Shown: positions 49,658-63,539 of the stretch, piece by piece
How the letters are laid out: the number at the start of each line of letters is the position of its first letter
Numbering within the stretch: position 1 is the stretch's first letter
Origin: Octopus sinensis
Lineage: Eukaryota
Direction: 5' to 3'
Length of the DNA stretch: 64,000 nucleotides
Assembly: GCF_006345805.1 (NCBI RefSeq)
Contig: NC_043002.1
Location: 67,022,001 to 67,086,000 of the forward strand
The notes under the pieces: model-generated
What the model was told of the DNA's origin: nothing
Databases searched by the model: none
Seen by the model: the letters and a program-made list of their open reading frames with translations, nothing else
Program-made: the position numbers and the translations under genes

Positions 49658-49939
49658 GGAAAGAGGGAATACATAAATAGAGAGAGAGAGAGAGAGAGAG
49701 AGGGGGAAAGAGGGGATACATAAATAGAGAGAGAGAGAGAGAGCTAGAGAGAAAGAGAGGCTGGCTCTGGTTGGAAGTTAAGGTGGAAAAACTTTGCTTT
49801 ACAATATACGGAGGTTGTCAAGTTTATGGCTGTTTAATGGCGTCGACTCAGTGAAGCTCATTCCGACGATCATGTAATAAGAGACGGCTCTCACCTAATG
49901 AGGTCTTCTGTCTGTCAAGTTGCCAAAGCATCGATAGTA

Positions 49940-50501
49940 GTAATAGTAGTAGTGGTGGTGGTGGTAATAAGAATAACAGTTATGATAATGAGTGGAAAGA
50001 TGACAATTAATACCACTAGTACTACCGCCTCCACAGCAGCAGCACCACCACCACTAAAATCACCACTCCCACCATCACCACCGACACTACCATCAACACC
50101 ACCACCACCACCGTTGTCGTTGCCGCCGGTACCAGCTGTAGCACGATGACAACGACGACGGCGGCGACCACCACCACTTGCTACTACTACTACTACTACT
50201 ACAACTACCACCAGTACCAGCAGCACCGACAGCGCTACCAGTATCCCCACCACTATTACTTTTTGTACCACCAGCACCACCAGCAGCAGCAACAGCACCA
50301 TCACCACCACTACCATCAACAATGATGATGACGAGAGCGACCAGTGCAACAACAACTAGAATAGGGGAAAACAATGGCCACCACCTCACTGCCACCCTCA
50401 CACCACTCCCAATATCAACAACAACGAGAACAAAGTCGATGGTGATGATGATGGTGGTGATGATGATAAATGTGATGTTGATGATGATGGTGGTGGGGCT
50501 G

Positions 50502-50535
<34 letters not shown>

Positions 50536-50630
50536 TGTGATGATGATGAATGTGATGATGATGATACTGATGATGATGAACTTCCCGAACATAACGATAC
50601 ATAAAACCACCACCACCACCACCACTACCA
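49940..50630. repeat. Trinucleotide repeat mosaic (AGT/CAC/CAG/GAT)
   Basis: Directly visible. Confidence 0.9.
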
Positions 50631-51094
50631 CGCCATATCACCGATAAGTGAACTTGACCTTTTAGAAATATCAACCAATCCAAATTGTTATAACACCCTA
50701 TCTTTCCCCAAATCGAAAAGACGCATTACACAGTTTAATCGGAGATAGATCTAGAATGACACGATGGTCATGGCTGGAAGGCCTTTGATTCTAGATTTGT
50801 ACGGTCAGGTTTGCCTAGCAACACAGCAACACAGACAACAACAACAGCAAAAATAATCGCTAATGAAGGAGTTTCTGCGTGATTTCTGGAACTGCTAAAA
50901 ATAGCAGCCAAATCTCTCACAAATCACATGGTACAATCATAAAAATAGGATCGACACATTAGTTAATGTACAAGTTACTCTGTCTGAGTGGAAACAGTCC
51001 CGGTTGGAATTCTTTTGACATAAGTAGAAAGTAACAGCAACAACAACTAAACCAAAAGTGAAACGGTAACGCAAAGAAGTTGGAAGTAACTGCT

Positions 51095-51720
51095 TGTCTT
51101 TTACTTGTTTAAGTCATTTGACTGCGGCCATGCTGGGGCACCGCCCAGAAGAATCTTTAGTCGAATGAGTCGACTCCTATATTTATTTTTTTAAAGCCTA
51201 GTACTTATTCTATCAGGCTCTTTTGCCGAGCCGCTAATTTACGGAAGTGTAAACGCACCAACACAGGTTATCAAGCGGTGATGGAAGACAAACGCTTGAC
51301 AACACACACACTCACATGAAGGGCTTCTTTCAATTCCGTCTAACAAATCCACTTACAAGGATTTGGTCGGCCTGAACCTATAGTACTTGCCCGTGGTGCT
51401 TCACAGTAGGACTGAACCCAGAATTATGTGGTTGGAAAGCAAACTTCTTGCCACACAGCCACATTTGCACCTAGCAGCAAAATTTAATAATAATAATAAT
51501 GGTTCTTTCTAACGGTGTAACAAATACACAAGGCTTGAAATTTTGAGGGGATGGGCTAGTCGATTACATGGACCCTAGTCCGCAATTGCTACTTGTTTTA
51601 TCGATCCCGAAAGGATGAAAAGCAAAGTGAGCCTCGGCGGAATTTGAACTCAGAATATAAAGACGGACGAAATGCCGCTAAGCATTGTCCGGTGCGATAA
51701 CGATTCTGTTAGCCAGTCGC
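51095..51720 (-). mobile_element. B+C SINE (51095-51472) and family A SINE (51530-51720)
   Basis: Consensus blocks on the minus strand. Confidence 0.8.
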
Positions 51721-53652
51721 TATTTAATAATACAATCAGTTTGTAATAACAACAGCGGCTATTACAACAACAACACGACTCTCGTCAGCAGCAATAACCA
51801 AAAGTAATAAAATCCGCAAAGGCCACAACACTATTGACAAAAACATCCTTCTTTCCTTACACCCCCTATAACCAATCATGGACAACGCCCACTCAAATAA
51901 CCCCCAACACCTATCACCCACAAGATCCCCCAATCACAATGCCAGACCGGGAATTAACTTTGTGTCTTGATAGGGTTTCTCTGTAAAATACTAGTAGTAC
52001 AGCTGCGATAGTTGGTGAGGTAACTTAAAACTTAAGCCATTATAAGTCTATCTAACAAGTTGGCATCACCGAAGCTCGTTTAGGCGATAATTGATTGGTT
52101 TTATATTCAAATGCAACGAAAAGGAGATATCCGGTTAGCTTTTCAACATGTCCGCCAAACCTTGACAAAATTTGGTTTCATCTTTCGCCAAAAACAAAAT
52201 AAACATCCTACTCTTTTCCGAAAAAGCAAAAGCCAAAAAATCTTCTCGTCTGATTCCCTAAACATGGAAATTACTTTCTTTATGTCATAGGTTATATGAC
52301 AGTGTATACACAATATCGTGTGAAATGTATGCACTCCATACGTTAGTTTTCCCCTTCTTTCGTTCACTCCATCTTGATATATTCACTTTTGCCAATATTT
52401 TTCTTCTTTCTAACACATCAATCGGTTCTTTTATAATATTAACTCTCTCTGTGAATACGGAATAGAAGCGATAAGTAGTGATGCGTATAAATGCAAACTT
52501 GTGGGCATATTAGGACCAGTAACAGAGCCATGTACTGTATTTTGTAGTGGAAAAAAATTCTCACAGCAGACAAATCACTGTACAGCGATGGGAATATAAT
52601 GAGATATCCATCTCTTATCAGTTTGCAGCCTTCCTTTTCTGGTATCTGATACAGAAGAAAAGATAATCACTCCGAAATGTATGCGTTCATCATTCTGGCT
52701 AGAGGGCGCTTCGAACTGACTTGGTGTGTTTACACCTATTTGTCTACAGCAAGAACTTTTCTCCGTGACAAAATACAATGAATGGCTTTTGTACGGATTC
52801 CAATATGCCCCAAGTATATTTGAATGATAAGTTTGTATTAATTCTCTGTCTTACTTCCGTATAACCTTCACTTTAACGCAGCTATGTTATGTATTATTTT
52901 ACAACATACGGCTGATGACCACTGCTTCAGGATATAAAGACACTATCTCCTGCGTCTACAGAGTAATGGACAAAAGGAATAAGTAGAACACAATCTATCA
53001 AGTGGTCGACGGGTTGTACTATTTCACTACCATTTTGTTCTGCTCGAAGTGAGCACTATAAGCTCTCTGTACCTCATTCTTCAGTACTCCATTACTCGCA
53101 GTATTCCATTGGTATTCCATTGTTCGAAGACGTCAAAGTTGCATGAAGGTATTTGTAAACTTACTTAGCAGACATAGAAACATGCCAATTATGTCTTTTT
53201 GCAGACTTAAAAAATAATAGAAACCTTAATCGATTTTCGATCTTCATTGGGGTCTTATCAAAGATGTCCACATCACTTGACCAGTCCTAAAGAAACAAGT
53301 CGTCATTCAAGTAGCAATTCCAATCCAGTAACATCAGAGACCTGGGGCTACTAACTTAAATACTATAAGTGCTTAGCCCATTATTTAATATGAGCAGCCT
53401 ATCAACGAAGATCTCAGTCCACACAGTCTCACGGTATCAGATATGTAAATCTACGTAGCAGATATACACACATATGATTCTACTATCTACTGCACTGTAG
53501 ACTGAAAAGAAAAAAATGACGAACAGCCTTAATCAATATTCGTCAGTTATCGGGGTCTCTTTTGTCGAGATGCAAAAATTTTAAAGTTATACAAGAGTTG
53601 AGATGTTTATTCTTTTCTCAACATCAAAAGTGAGTTATTATTTATGTTTTAC

Positions 53653-53959
53653 TTATGCGCCCTTTTCAAGCCTAGCCAGGCTCATGGGCCCAGTTTCCCG
53701 GTTTCTGTGGCGTATGTGTTCTCCCCAGCTGGACGGGACGCCAGTCCATCGCAGCGTTATTCAAAAAATAGGAAGAAAGAGTGAGAGAAAGTTGGGGCGA
53801 AAGAGTACAATAGGGGTCGCCACCACCCCCTTCCAGTGACTCGGAGTTTTTAGGTGTTTTCGTTCAATAAACACACACAACGCCAGGTCTGGGGATCGAA
53901 ACCGCGATCCTCCGACCGCGAGTCCGCTGCCCTAACCACAGGACCATTGTGCCTCCACA
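53653..53959 (-). mobile_element. Family D SINE with V-domain-like segment and RTE-like tail
   Basis: Same head as 8553-8846. Contains CTGCGATGGACTGGCGTCCCGTCCAG (V-SINE-domain-like) and GAAACCGGGAAACTGGGCCCATGAGCC tail. Confidence 0.7.
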
Positions 53960-54294
53960 AAAGTGAGTTATAATCACTACAAATGAAAATCCAATTAGAA
54001 TAGTAAACTTGGCTCCGCTGAGAGCTAACTATTGTCCTTCGGCACTTAACTCAGGTACGGATATTATAACAGAAGATAAGTAAATGAATTAAAGAAAGTA
54101 GATTCTAGTAATAATACACGAGCTGACAATTAATTAATAGTCATACAATCCTAATATACAATCTAAGAAAAGTTCACTTATATAGGTTCCCTTAACCCAG
54201 TCATATTCCCAAGCGAGTTTGTAACAGCAGCATTCACTCTCTAAACGTAGGTGTAATCGAAGTTCCATATATATATATACATATATATATATAT

Positions 54295-54600
54295 AACAGA
54301 ATGAGATTTAAAAAATCCAAGGCTGTGAATAGTTTTCAGAACATTTATAAAGAGGTCTTATAGCGGTTTCCGGGATATTTTATATATCCCTTCATCAGAG
54401 ACGGTACGAGAAAATGTTTAAGTAATAGTTATTATAGAGAAGATATGAAATACAGAGGAAAGAGGAGGAATGAAAACTGAAGTGAGATACGTAAGGATAT
54501 TGTATTTGCAGTTCCATTATTTAAGCAGAATGGTGTATATATAAGTTTTCTGTACCTTGTGTGTGAGTTCCAATGGTGTTTATAATTGGTCATTCCAAGC
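54295..54600 (-). mobile_element. PLE-type 3' fragment with hammerhead motif at 54355-54402
   Basis: GTCT-CTGATGA-A-GGGATAT(ataaa)ATATCCC-G-GAAAC-CGCTA-TA-AGAC. Stem III degenerate. TA repeats on both sides. Confidence 0.6.
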
Positions 54601-55009
54601 ATATATATGTTATATATTATATTAATTATATATATATTATTTGTTATTTATGTCTATCACTATTTGAGTTGCATAATAGTGGTTTTATCTCTAATTCATA
54701 TTCTATATATATATATATATATATATAATTAAATGTTATAGAGGACAATAAACGTCAGGCAAGGCAAACATCTCAAGTCTTATATATTATTTTTATTGGA
54801 AAAAAAAAATTCAAAGTCTTACATGACTTGAGATGTTTGCCTTGACTTAACGTTTGTCATCCTCTTCAACAATTACCGGAAATTTGCAATGGCTCCGTAA
54901 CTACCATGCTCAGCTATAACATTGGAGCTCTAGTAATCCGTTACAGCACTTACCTAGCGTACCTCATCGTTCAGATCACCTGTGCACTAAAACCCCATAT
55001 TGTGTATAT

Positions 55010-55333
55010 TCTTTTATTTGTTTCAGTCATCGACCCCAGGACTTATTCTTTATAAGCCTAGTACTTAATTTATCAGTATCTTTTGCTGAGCCACCAAGTT
55101 ACGGTGACGTAAACACACCAGCATCGGTTGTCAAGCGATGGTGAGGGGACAAACACAAACGCAAACATACACACATACACATACATATATACGATAGGTT
55201 TCTTTTAGTTTCAGGATTTGGTCGGCCTGAGGCTATAGTAGAAGACACTTGCCTAGGGTGTCATGCAGTGGGACTGAACCCGGAGCCATGTGGTTGGTAA
55301 GCAAACTACTTACCATACAGCCACTCCTGCACC
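55010..55333 (-). mobile_element. Family B+C composite SINE
   Basis: Consensus blocks. Confidence 0.8.
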
Positions 55334-55629
55334 TATATATATATATATATATGTAAAGGCTTGCATATTCTTTGTACGTTCTGGCAGATTCAAACGTGAC
55401 TATGCAAATCGCTGTTGTATTTGGTCACAGGAGAACAACGTCTCCTTTACGACGGATGTGTGCACAGAACACACTCAATCCATTAGTGTAAGGGGCTTTT
55501 CGATAGTGATGTTTCAATATCTTAATGCTTATTCAGTCAGAGGCATCCCAGGACTAATGAACCTTACAAGAGTCGAAGCTCTTGTTTATAACTTCAGTGA
55601 ACAGTGTTTGCTTATTCGTGCTATCTATC

Positions 55630-56043
55630 TGTATGTATGTATGTATGTATATATATCTATCTGTCTGTCTGAATGAATGTATGTATCTTTCTGTATGCAT
55701 GTATATGTGTCTGTCTGTCTGTATGTATGTATCTATATGTATGTATGTATCTTTCTGTATGCATGTATATGTGTCTGTCTGTCTGTATGTATGTATCTAT
55801 ATGTATGTATGTATCTGTATGTATGTATCTATCTATCTATCTATCTATCTATCTGTATGTATGTATGTATCTGTCTGTCTGTCTCTCTGTACGTACGTAC
55901 GTATGTATGTATGTACGTACGTATGAATGTATGTATCTATCTATATCTATCAATATATCTATCTATTAATATCTACTTATCTAGCTAGCTAGCTAGCTAG
56001 CTAGCTATTCATCCATCCATCCATATACACGCACACAAACGCA

Positions 56044-56088
<45 letters not shown>

Positions 56089-56090
56089 TA
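55630..56090. repeat. Compound tetranucleotide and dinucleotide microsatellite (TATG, TCTG, TCTA, CTAG, CA)
   Basis: Directly visible. Confidence 0.9.
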
Positions 56091-57405
56091 TTCATTATTT
56101 ATTTAGTGGTGAGCTAACTGAAACTGAGGTGGGTGAAACAACAAGGAAATATTGAACTTAAGCAAATTGTTGATGAAAGTTCGAAAAGCTTTGATAAACG
56201 CAACACAGAGTGTTGAACTTTAACTAAACTCAAACTTTAACCCCAAGTTTTATATTGAGCAGTAAATAATTACATCTACCCTGAGAAAAAAATTTGACTA
56301 ATCTATTAGTTGATAGGATGAAGAGAAACAAATACAGCAGCTGAATGGTACGAAAAAATACCACACACACGCACGTATGTATGTATGCATGCATCTGTGT
56401 CTATGTAAGAATGAAAGTTGGTATATATGTACATATATAAGCATCTATGCACATACATATATGTACAGACACATATAGATATTTACACACACATACACAG
56501 ACACATATATAAATCTATGTGAGCCCTGTATGCATGTCCATGCACCAGTGTATGTATATACATGCATACAGTTACACACATATATACACATATATATTTT
56601 AGTCAATTAAATGTGTGTGTATGTATATTCATACACGCTCACACACATACGTATAAGAGTCGCAAAATGCTACTACAACGTGGAACATTTATTTTTTTTT
56701 TTAAAACGGAAGTCTGTCAGTGTGCCAGTATTGTTTGTGAACTAATTTTAAAGCAGACCCTTAGGGAATATTTAAGATGTCCTTTAGGATAGAAAACAAC
56801 TGTGCAAACAGCGTATTGTAAGTTTAGAGATTCTATTTCCGTGTGTTCTGTAGACGCGCATGTCAACAGTCACAAATAAGGCGAAAGAATTCTTTCAAAT
56901 TGGCAACAAGTATGCAAATAACTTTCCGAATGATATAGGCCGGACTAAAACTGATACGAAGCCAATAATACGAGTTGCGCAGCTTAATTTTTTTTTACTT
57001 TTAATTGTTTTCGTTTTTTGAATTTATTTTAGCATGGCTGGGCGCAGGCTTGTGTGTGTATGGCTGAGAATCTCACTTTGTAACAACGAGATTTGAGTTT
57101 CAATCTCACTGCGTGGCGTTTGGACAAGTGATTTTATAATAGTCTCATACCGACCAATTCCGTGGGTGAATTTGGCAGACGGAAAATGCATAAAGGTTGT
57201 CGTACAAATAAATGTATAAAGCCCATTAGTTATTTTCTCATATATATCTATATCGATATGATTTTAGCATTTCGAAGATCAGTTCGGCATTTTTTCATTT
57301 ACTACCGACCGAAACTGCGCTTAGGCGGTGAATTTGAAAAATTATAACATATAATGATGCGACACGTGTTATTTGTCTCTAAATTATATAATAATGTTAT
57401 GGCGC

Positions 57406-57475
57406 GATTACTGATGAGAATTTCACCTAGCAAATTATTTTATTTGCTAAAAAAATTCGAAATCTAGGTATAACC
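57406..57475 (+). ncRNA. Hammerhead motif with extended stem II
   Basis: GATTA-CTGATGA-GAATTT(cacc TAGCAAAT tatttt ATTTGCTA aaa)AAATTC-GAAA-TCTAG-GTA-TAACC. Confidence 0.6.
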
Positions 57476-57664
57476 TTTAAAAAATAACAAGGTAAAAGTT
57501 TTTATTTTTCATTCCCTTCGAAATTGCTCTTAAATGTGGTTTTGGTCATTTTGACTGCTTCTTCTAGCGTGAAAAATTAACTGTTAAAGGTAGTTTCTCT
57601 TGTGTTTAGATGCACGCTATTTTATATTGAGAATATGTTGTCTATATATATATATATATATAAA

Positions 57665-58290
57665 TTAATTGCTAAAGTCATTACACTGCGGCCATACTAG
57701 GGCACGAACTTAAAGAATTTTTAGTCAGATGAATAAACCTCGGTACTTTTTAAAACCTGGTACTTATTCTATCGATCACTTTTGCTGAACTACTAGGTTA
57801 CGAGGACGTAATCACTAACTTCGGTTGTCAGGCGGTGGTTTCACACACACACATACATCCGACAGCTTTCAGTTTCCGTCTACCAAATTCACTCTATAGA
57901 GGGCTTTGGTCAGCTCGAGGCTATAGTAGAAAGCTGTGGCACTGGACCTGGAACTATATGATTGAGAAGCAAGATTCTTTCTATTTAACCACGCCTGCGC
58001 TCCCCCATACACGTGTGTGTGTGGTGCGTGTGTGTGGTGCGTGTGAGTTTGTGGTGTGTATTTGTTTGTTCCTGTCTATATTTGTCCGCACCTACTGCTT
58101 GACAACCGGGGCTGGTTTGTCTACGTTCTCGTAACTTAGCAACTCGATACAAAAGACCGATAGAATAAGTACCAGACTTAAAAAAAAACTAACAACAAAA
58201 CAAGTCCTGGGGTCAATTTGTTCGAGTAAACCCTTCAATACCTTGCCCATCCCCGCATGGCTGCAGTCAAATAGCTGAAACAAGTAAAAT
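57665..58290. mobile_element. B+C SINE (minus, 57665-57995) and solo C module (plus, 58075-58290)
   Basis: Diverged consensus blocks. Confidence 0.7.
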
Positions 58291-61197
58291 ACAAAAGATA
58301 AAATGACTATTGTTTAGTGATGTTAACGAAGCCAACTGTATCGATATTAGGAGATAAAGTAAGAAATTGCAATAACAATATGAAAGATCCTTTCTCTTTT
58401 AAATCTGAATTATAGAAACGATTTTCTGTTGCTCCTTTTTCTCCGCGCATCAAAATGTTGGCTACTTAAAATGAGTTTTCGTCCGAAATTCACACGAAAT
58501 GAGGAAAAGGCTTTGACTGCCATCAAAGAAAAACAAAAACAATGTTATTTTGGCGCCATTTAGAAAGTTATGAATTATTCATTGCATACTTGCATACCTG
58601 ATTACACGCTCGTATGCAGAGCACACACATAAAACACACTCACATAATTATTCTTACAAATATGTATGTATATATATATATATATATATATGAACATGTG
58701 TGTATGTATAGGTATAGATATATACATATATATTTATACATACACTCACATACACACATGTATATATGTATATAAATTTGTGTATGATGTGTGTGTGTAT
58801 ATATATATATATATATGTATGTATATTTATTAATTTTCATTGACTATACGTTTGACTTTCTCTTTCATTTCTCAAGAAAGAAGTTACCTTTCTCTTTTTT
58901 CTCTCCCTATTTGGCAAGCATGTTCAACTGTGATTGATTTGGAAATAAATCCGACATTTTGTTTCGCTTTTGTTTTTATTTTATCATCGAATGGAAACAA
59001 AATCATCCTAAATTGAAAATACATAACACCTGTACGTCACAATTGATTTGTTACAGAATTTCATCCGAAACACATTGCTCCAAAATGCAATCAATGTATT
59101 ATGAATTATTGTATAGTATAATTTAATTAGGAGAAAATAGTCAACATGTGAACGGCTTAATAATACAGGTTAACATAACACTATTGTGAAAACCTTATGG
59201 GATTTGGCAGATGTATAATTAGTACGGCTTATAAAGTAATGCAGATTGAAGCGTTACACATTAGCTATGAAAAATAAGAGTTTATAAAAAACGATATAAT
59301 TATAAGTAAATAATTGTTACTAATATTATTTTCTAGCTGCTTTAATTAGAAGCTAATTACTGATATTAATTTAAATAATATGGGAATGATTAAAGGCAAA
59401 ATCGGTGTCAGTGAGATGTGAATCCGTATTTTTTAACTCTTGGGTTTAAATGCTACACTGCAATAACAAGCATTCTGGATGTAGCTTTTACCAAACCATT
59501 AAAGATGGGATCACCATAGACAAGTCTGTGATAATCATTGAGTTGTAAGATTTCCTTTTCATGCAGTGTAATCAGGACAGTCAGGTTAAGCAAGAGTTGG
59601 ACATTATACCGAGTGTTATTAAATTAAAGCATTCACTATTAAGCGTCAATGTTAAAAAAATGTTTTCGCTGCTTGCAACGGTGAGTTGTATGTACGCAAG
59701 GCAATTTATTTACAATGTGACGAACGGAATTCGCTGATGATAGTCAATTAGACTGAAACACGTCAGGAGTTGTCTGTCATACCTATAGAAAATATCAAAA
59801 TGATATTCTAGGATCAATATTTTTTCTTCACATCGCGTATTTTTACTTAAATTAGATATGTTAATACTAACTTAATTATTGCTTTTTCAGGCGAATGGTA
59901 CCTAAAGATAATATATTCTCAATGTCAATAAGTATAGAATATTCTACATTTACTTAGTAATTTCCTCATCATTACAGTGAAGTCCATGCTTCCTTGATGA
60001 AGCCAGAATAATACCGAAACTGATCTGGTGCTGTCTTTCGTACTTACAGCGAAAATAATCCTTGACTGTTGTCTTTTTCCGTGTCAGTATTTCGAGTTAG
60101 CTTTTTTAAATACTCCATACTGTAAATATGTTAACCCTAACTTAACTCCAGAGTGACACATTTGAAAAGATTTAGCCGATGTTTCATTTGTTTAGCAATA
60201 ACGGTCTTCTGAAAATATCTTTAAATATCTTTCAAGAATTAATGGTGCCCTGATGGCTGCGATTTAGTTCCAGTTTCATAGAGGGTAGCGAATGAAATCA
60301 ATCCACTTTTTGGATAAGCTTCTAATCTTATGTAGCTATCTATCCTAGATGATCCAGTTCCAATTGTTGTTGAATAGGCGAATTGTGATTTCCTACAATA
60401 AAACATCATGACACACATCATTAAACAATGACAACATATCTGAATTCACAAACTTGGAGTTAGTAATTCGTCATGCTATATGGTCGGTCAATTCCTCTCC
60501 ATACAAAGGCTACATGGAATAAAAGTAAACTATATTCGTATAATCATTTTATCAAATTCAAAAGTATCATGGGATATTCACAGGACTCTCCTAGAGAACT
60601 CGTAACCATTTCGTCTATAGAGGACATTACTTCTGATTCTTTGATAAAAATTAGGAAACGAGCCAATACTCATTGATAGCGAGTCTAGTATATTCTTCAG
60701 CTCTTCGGTTAAACGGTGAATTGGTAGAACTGACGCCAGCCTACCCTTTGGGGGGGTCACTAAATTAGTATTAATCCACGATATTGATCAGAAGAACAGT
60801 AAAGACAAGAAAATGCTTTGTGTATCCGTTCTGGTCTTTGCGCTCTGGCAGGAACGTCTACGACGAAATTAGTGCCCAGCTAGATAGACCTTAAAGAAAA
60901 GTTGTTCTCTTTTCGGAAGAAAGAGGGGGGTTTCTCTCTCGGATAAAAATTGATTGCGTGAAGATGAGAGAATTGTGTGCACGGTCAGCCGCAAATCTTC
61001 AAAAACAACTTTGCTCACGTCTGTGCATATATGTGTATATATATGGTCAACCGTGATCGACGAATGCCTTCTGACTGTTCATTTGCTGATTTCAAGTATA
61101 TTTGAAGGTTTCTCCATTTGATCCGGACTTAAAAACCATTTTTGACCTTTGAGTTATTTTCGTATTTGACATAGTTTTTCTTGGTTGTTCTTATATG

Positions 61198-61417
61198 CAG
61201 TAATCCCTCGCTACATTGCGGTTCATCTATCATGATTTATTATTTAAGCTTACGTCGATTCCTCCATGGTGTTGTTTTGTATTTATAATAAAATAAATAT
61301 ATACAAATTATAGAAACAATAATAAAAAATATACCGTACTGTTTCTACTTCACGGATTTTCACGTATCGCGGGGTTGGGAGTGGAACATAACCCCCGCAA
61401 TAATCGAGGGATTACTG
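61198..61417. mobile_element. Tigger/pogo-like MITE
   Basis: 13-bp TIR CAGTAATCCCTCG / CGAGGGATTACTG, TA on the right. Confidence 0.8.
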
Positions 61418-62454
61418 TAATTTCAATACTACAAAATGTGGTAACACATATGAAGATACTGCTCCAAGGCAAAAAAGAACACCCCAAAAACTTTAGATAT
61501 TTCCAAGAAAGTTACACAAAGTTCATATCACTGTTTCTGTTTTTTTTTTTAAATTTTATTCTATATATTTCCAGGTAACGTTCATTCATCACACCTGGTC
61601 ATTGCATTGTTCAACTTCAAATAAATTCTCAATGCCATTGTGGTACAACTCGCGGATGGATTTTTCAGTCACAGGAAGAATCTCAGAAAATATTCCGTTA
61701 CCTCCAAACAGTTTACCAAGATACTGAATGGAAACAGCTGATACCAAGTAACGTATCTTCCACAATATTATTACATTATACTTGAATACAGATGACAGAT
61801 GTCATGTAATTTATCTGACTCAATATCTCCACTACGTCTAAAAACGAACAACAGATAGCAATGTATTTGTTGTCTTCCTACCTATGATTCGGTGAGGGAT
61901 TCCCTTTCTAAGGGCCTTGATTAATAGAAACAAACTATTTCGTTTTCTTCTTTATTTTATTATTTTTTTGGCTAACTTTTGACCTCGATTGGCGTAGCAT
62001 TCACTACAAAGAGAATCTGAAATAATTCATCCACTAAGTTTGAAATGCAGCCGATCAAGATTTAACTATTATAACTTAGTTTCGGTTTCCTTTCTAATTA
62101 AAACTTTTGCTAAGATCTTACTGGAATTTCAAGAAATATTTCTTAACATCATTTTATCAGAGCAAAACACTGAATGAAAATTCAAATAGGTGGAATGAAA
62201 AGATATTGTGCCCGGCCACTCCCTCCAACGTACACACTCCCTCTCTTTCATACATCTATTTAATTATTAAACACACACATACACACATATGTATAAACAT
62301 AGATGCACAAATATATGTATACACACGAACGTATACATAATTGCATACGCATACATACTTTACATATATATATTATATATACATATGTGTGAGTGTCTGT
62401 AAATATGTATGTAGATATATAAGCATACGTGTATTTATATACATTTATATACGA

Positions 62455-62825
62455 ACCACATGGTCCTGAGTTCAGTCCCACTGCGTGGAAACTTGGACAA
62501 GTGTCTTCTACTATAGCCTCGGGCCGACCAAAACCTTCTGAGTGGATTTGGTAGACGGAAACTGAAATAAGCCCGTCGTATATATATATATGTATATATG
62601 TGTGTATATGTTTGTGTGTCTGTGTTTGCCCCCCCCCCAACATCGGTTGACAACCGATGCTGGTGTGTTTACGTCCCCGTAACTTAGCGGTTCGGCAAAA
62701 AGAGACCGATAGAATAAGTACTAGGGTTACAACGAATAAGTCCTGGGGTCGATTTGCTCGACTAAAAAGGCGGCGCTCCAGCATGGCCCCAGTCAAATGA
62801 CAGAAACAAGTAAAAGAGTAAAAGA
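62455..62825 (+). mobile_element. Family B+C composite SINE, slightly 5'-truncated
   Basis: Consensus blocks, tail GTAAAAGAGTAAAAGAG. Confidence 0.85.
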
Positions 62826-63463
62826 GTATATATACACCCATATCTTCAAGCATATTTATATAGACACACACACTCTATCACATACTTATACATACACACA
62901 TTCGTAGGTGTATGTTTACTTACTTATATGCATACTCATTCACATGTATATATGTATTCCTGTAGTATATGATATGCACTTGTTTTGAGTAATAGAGTAA
63001 CATCACGTGATGGCAACGTTCTCGTGCCAACGATCACTATTTCATTTTGCGAACGAATTCCGCGAACAGGAAGATTTAGCTCCAATGATGAAATCCATAA
63101 AAACAAAGAGAAGCAAAAGAGACATATTCGCGGTATATTTGGGGAAAACCAGCGAATAAATACGCGCCCAACCAGTTCTAATCAATCTGCTTTGAATCAA
63201 GTAATTCGATATGTTACATCGGAACAACTGATCAGATTCCAGGTGTAAATTCGATCCTGATGCTATTCACAGGAACTTATTGTTTCCATCAAGTATTCTA
63301 TCGACTGCCATTGCTTATTTTTAACGAGATTGTCTTTGCTATTCGGTTTTTTTTTTCGGCTTTCTGTATTCTTTCTCTATGGATTAGGTGTATTTTTTTC
63401 TCTTTCTAGTTACAATGTTGACATGACATCGAATATTATTATCACGGTCATGTAAATGAGTGC

Positions 63464-63495
<32 letters not shown>

Positions 63496-63539
63496 ATACT
63501 ATCTATCTATTAATATTTGTTTTTATGTTCAATTATAAG

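Noticed and set aside
48210-49674. 380-445 aa ORFs on both strands
   Set aside because: Translations of a TA/CA/TACA microsatellite that lacks stop codons. No real protein features.
49898-50683. Poly-His/Gly/Val/Pro ORFs
   Set aside because: Trinucleotide repeat mosaic open in many frames, with no splice or domain support.
59985-60025. TTGATGA...GAAAC hammerhead-like spacing
   Set aside because: No convincing stem II, stem III or stem I.
60400-60660. Resemblance to Gypsy integrase or Helitron helicase fragments
   Set aside because: Only 3-4-residue matches among many stops, which is not enough to call.
63080-63235. C/D-box snoRNA-like ATGATGA...CTGA
   Set aside because: No terminal stem or recognisable guide. 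Such short motifs are expected by chance.
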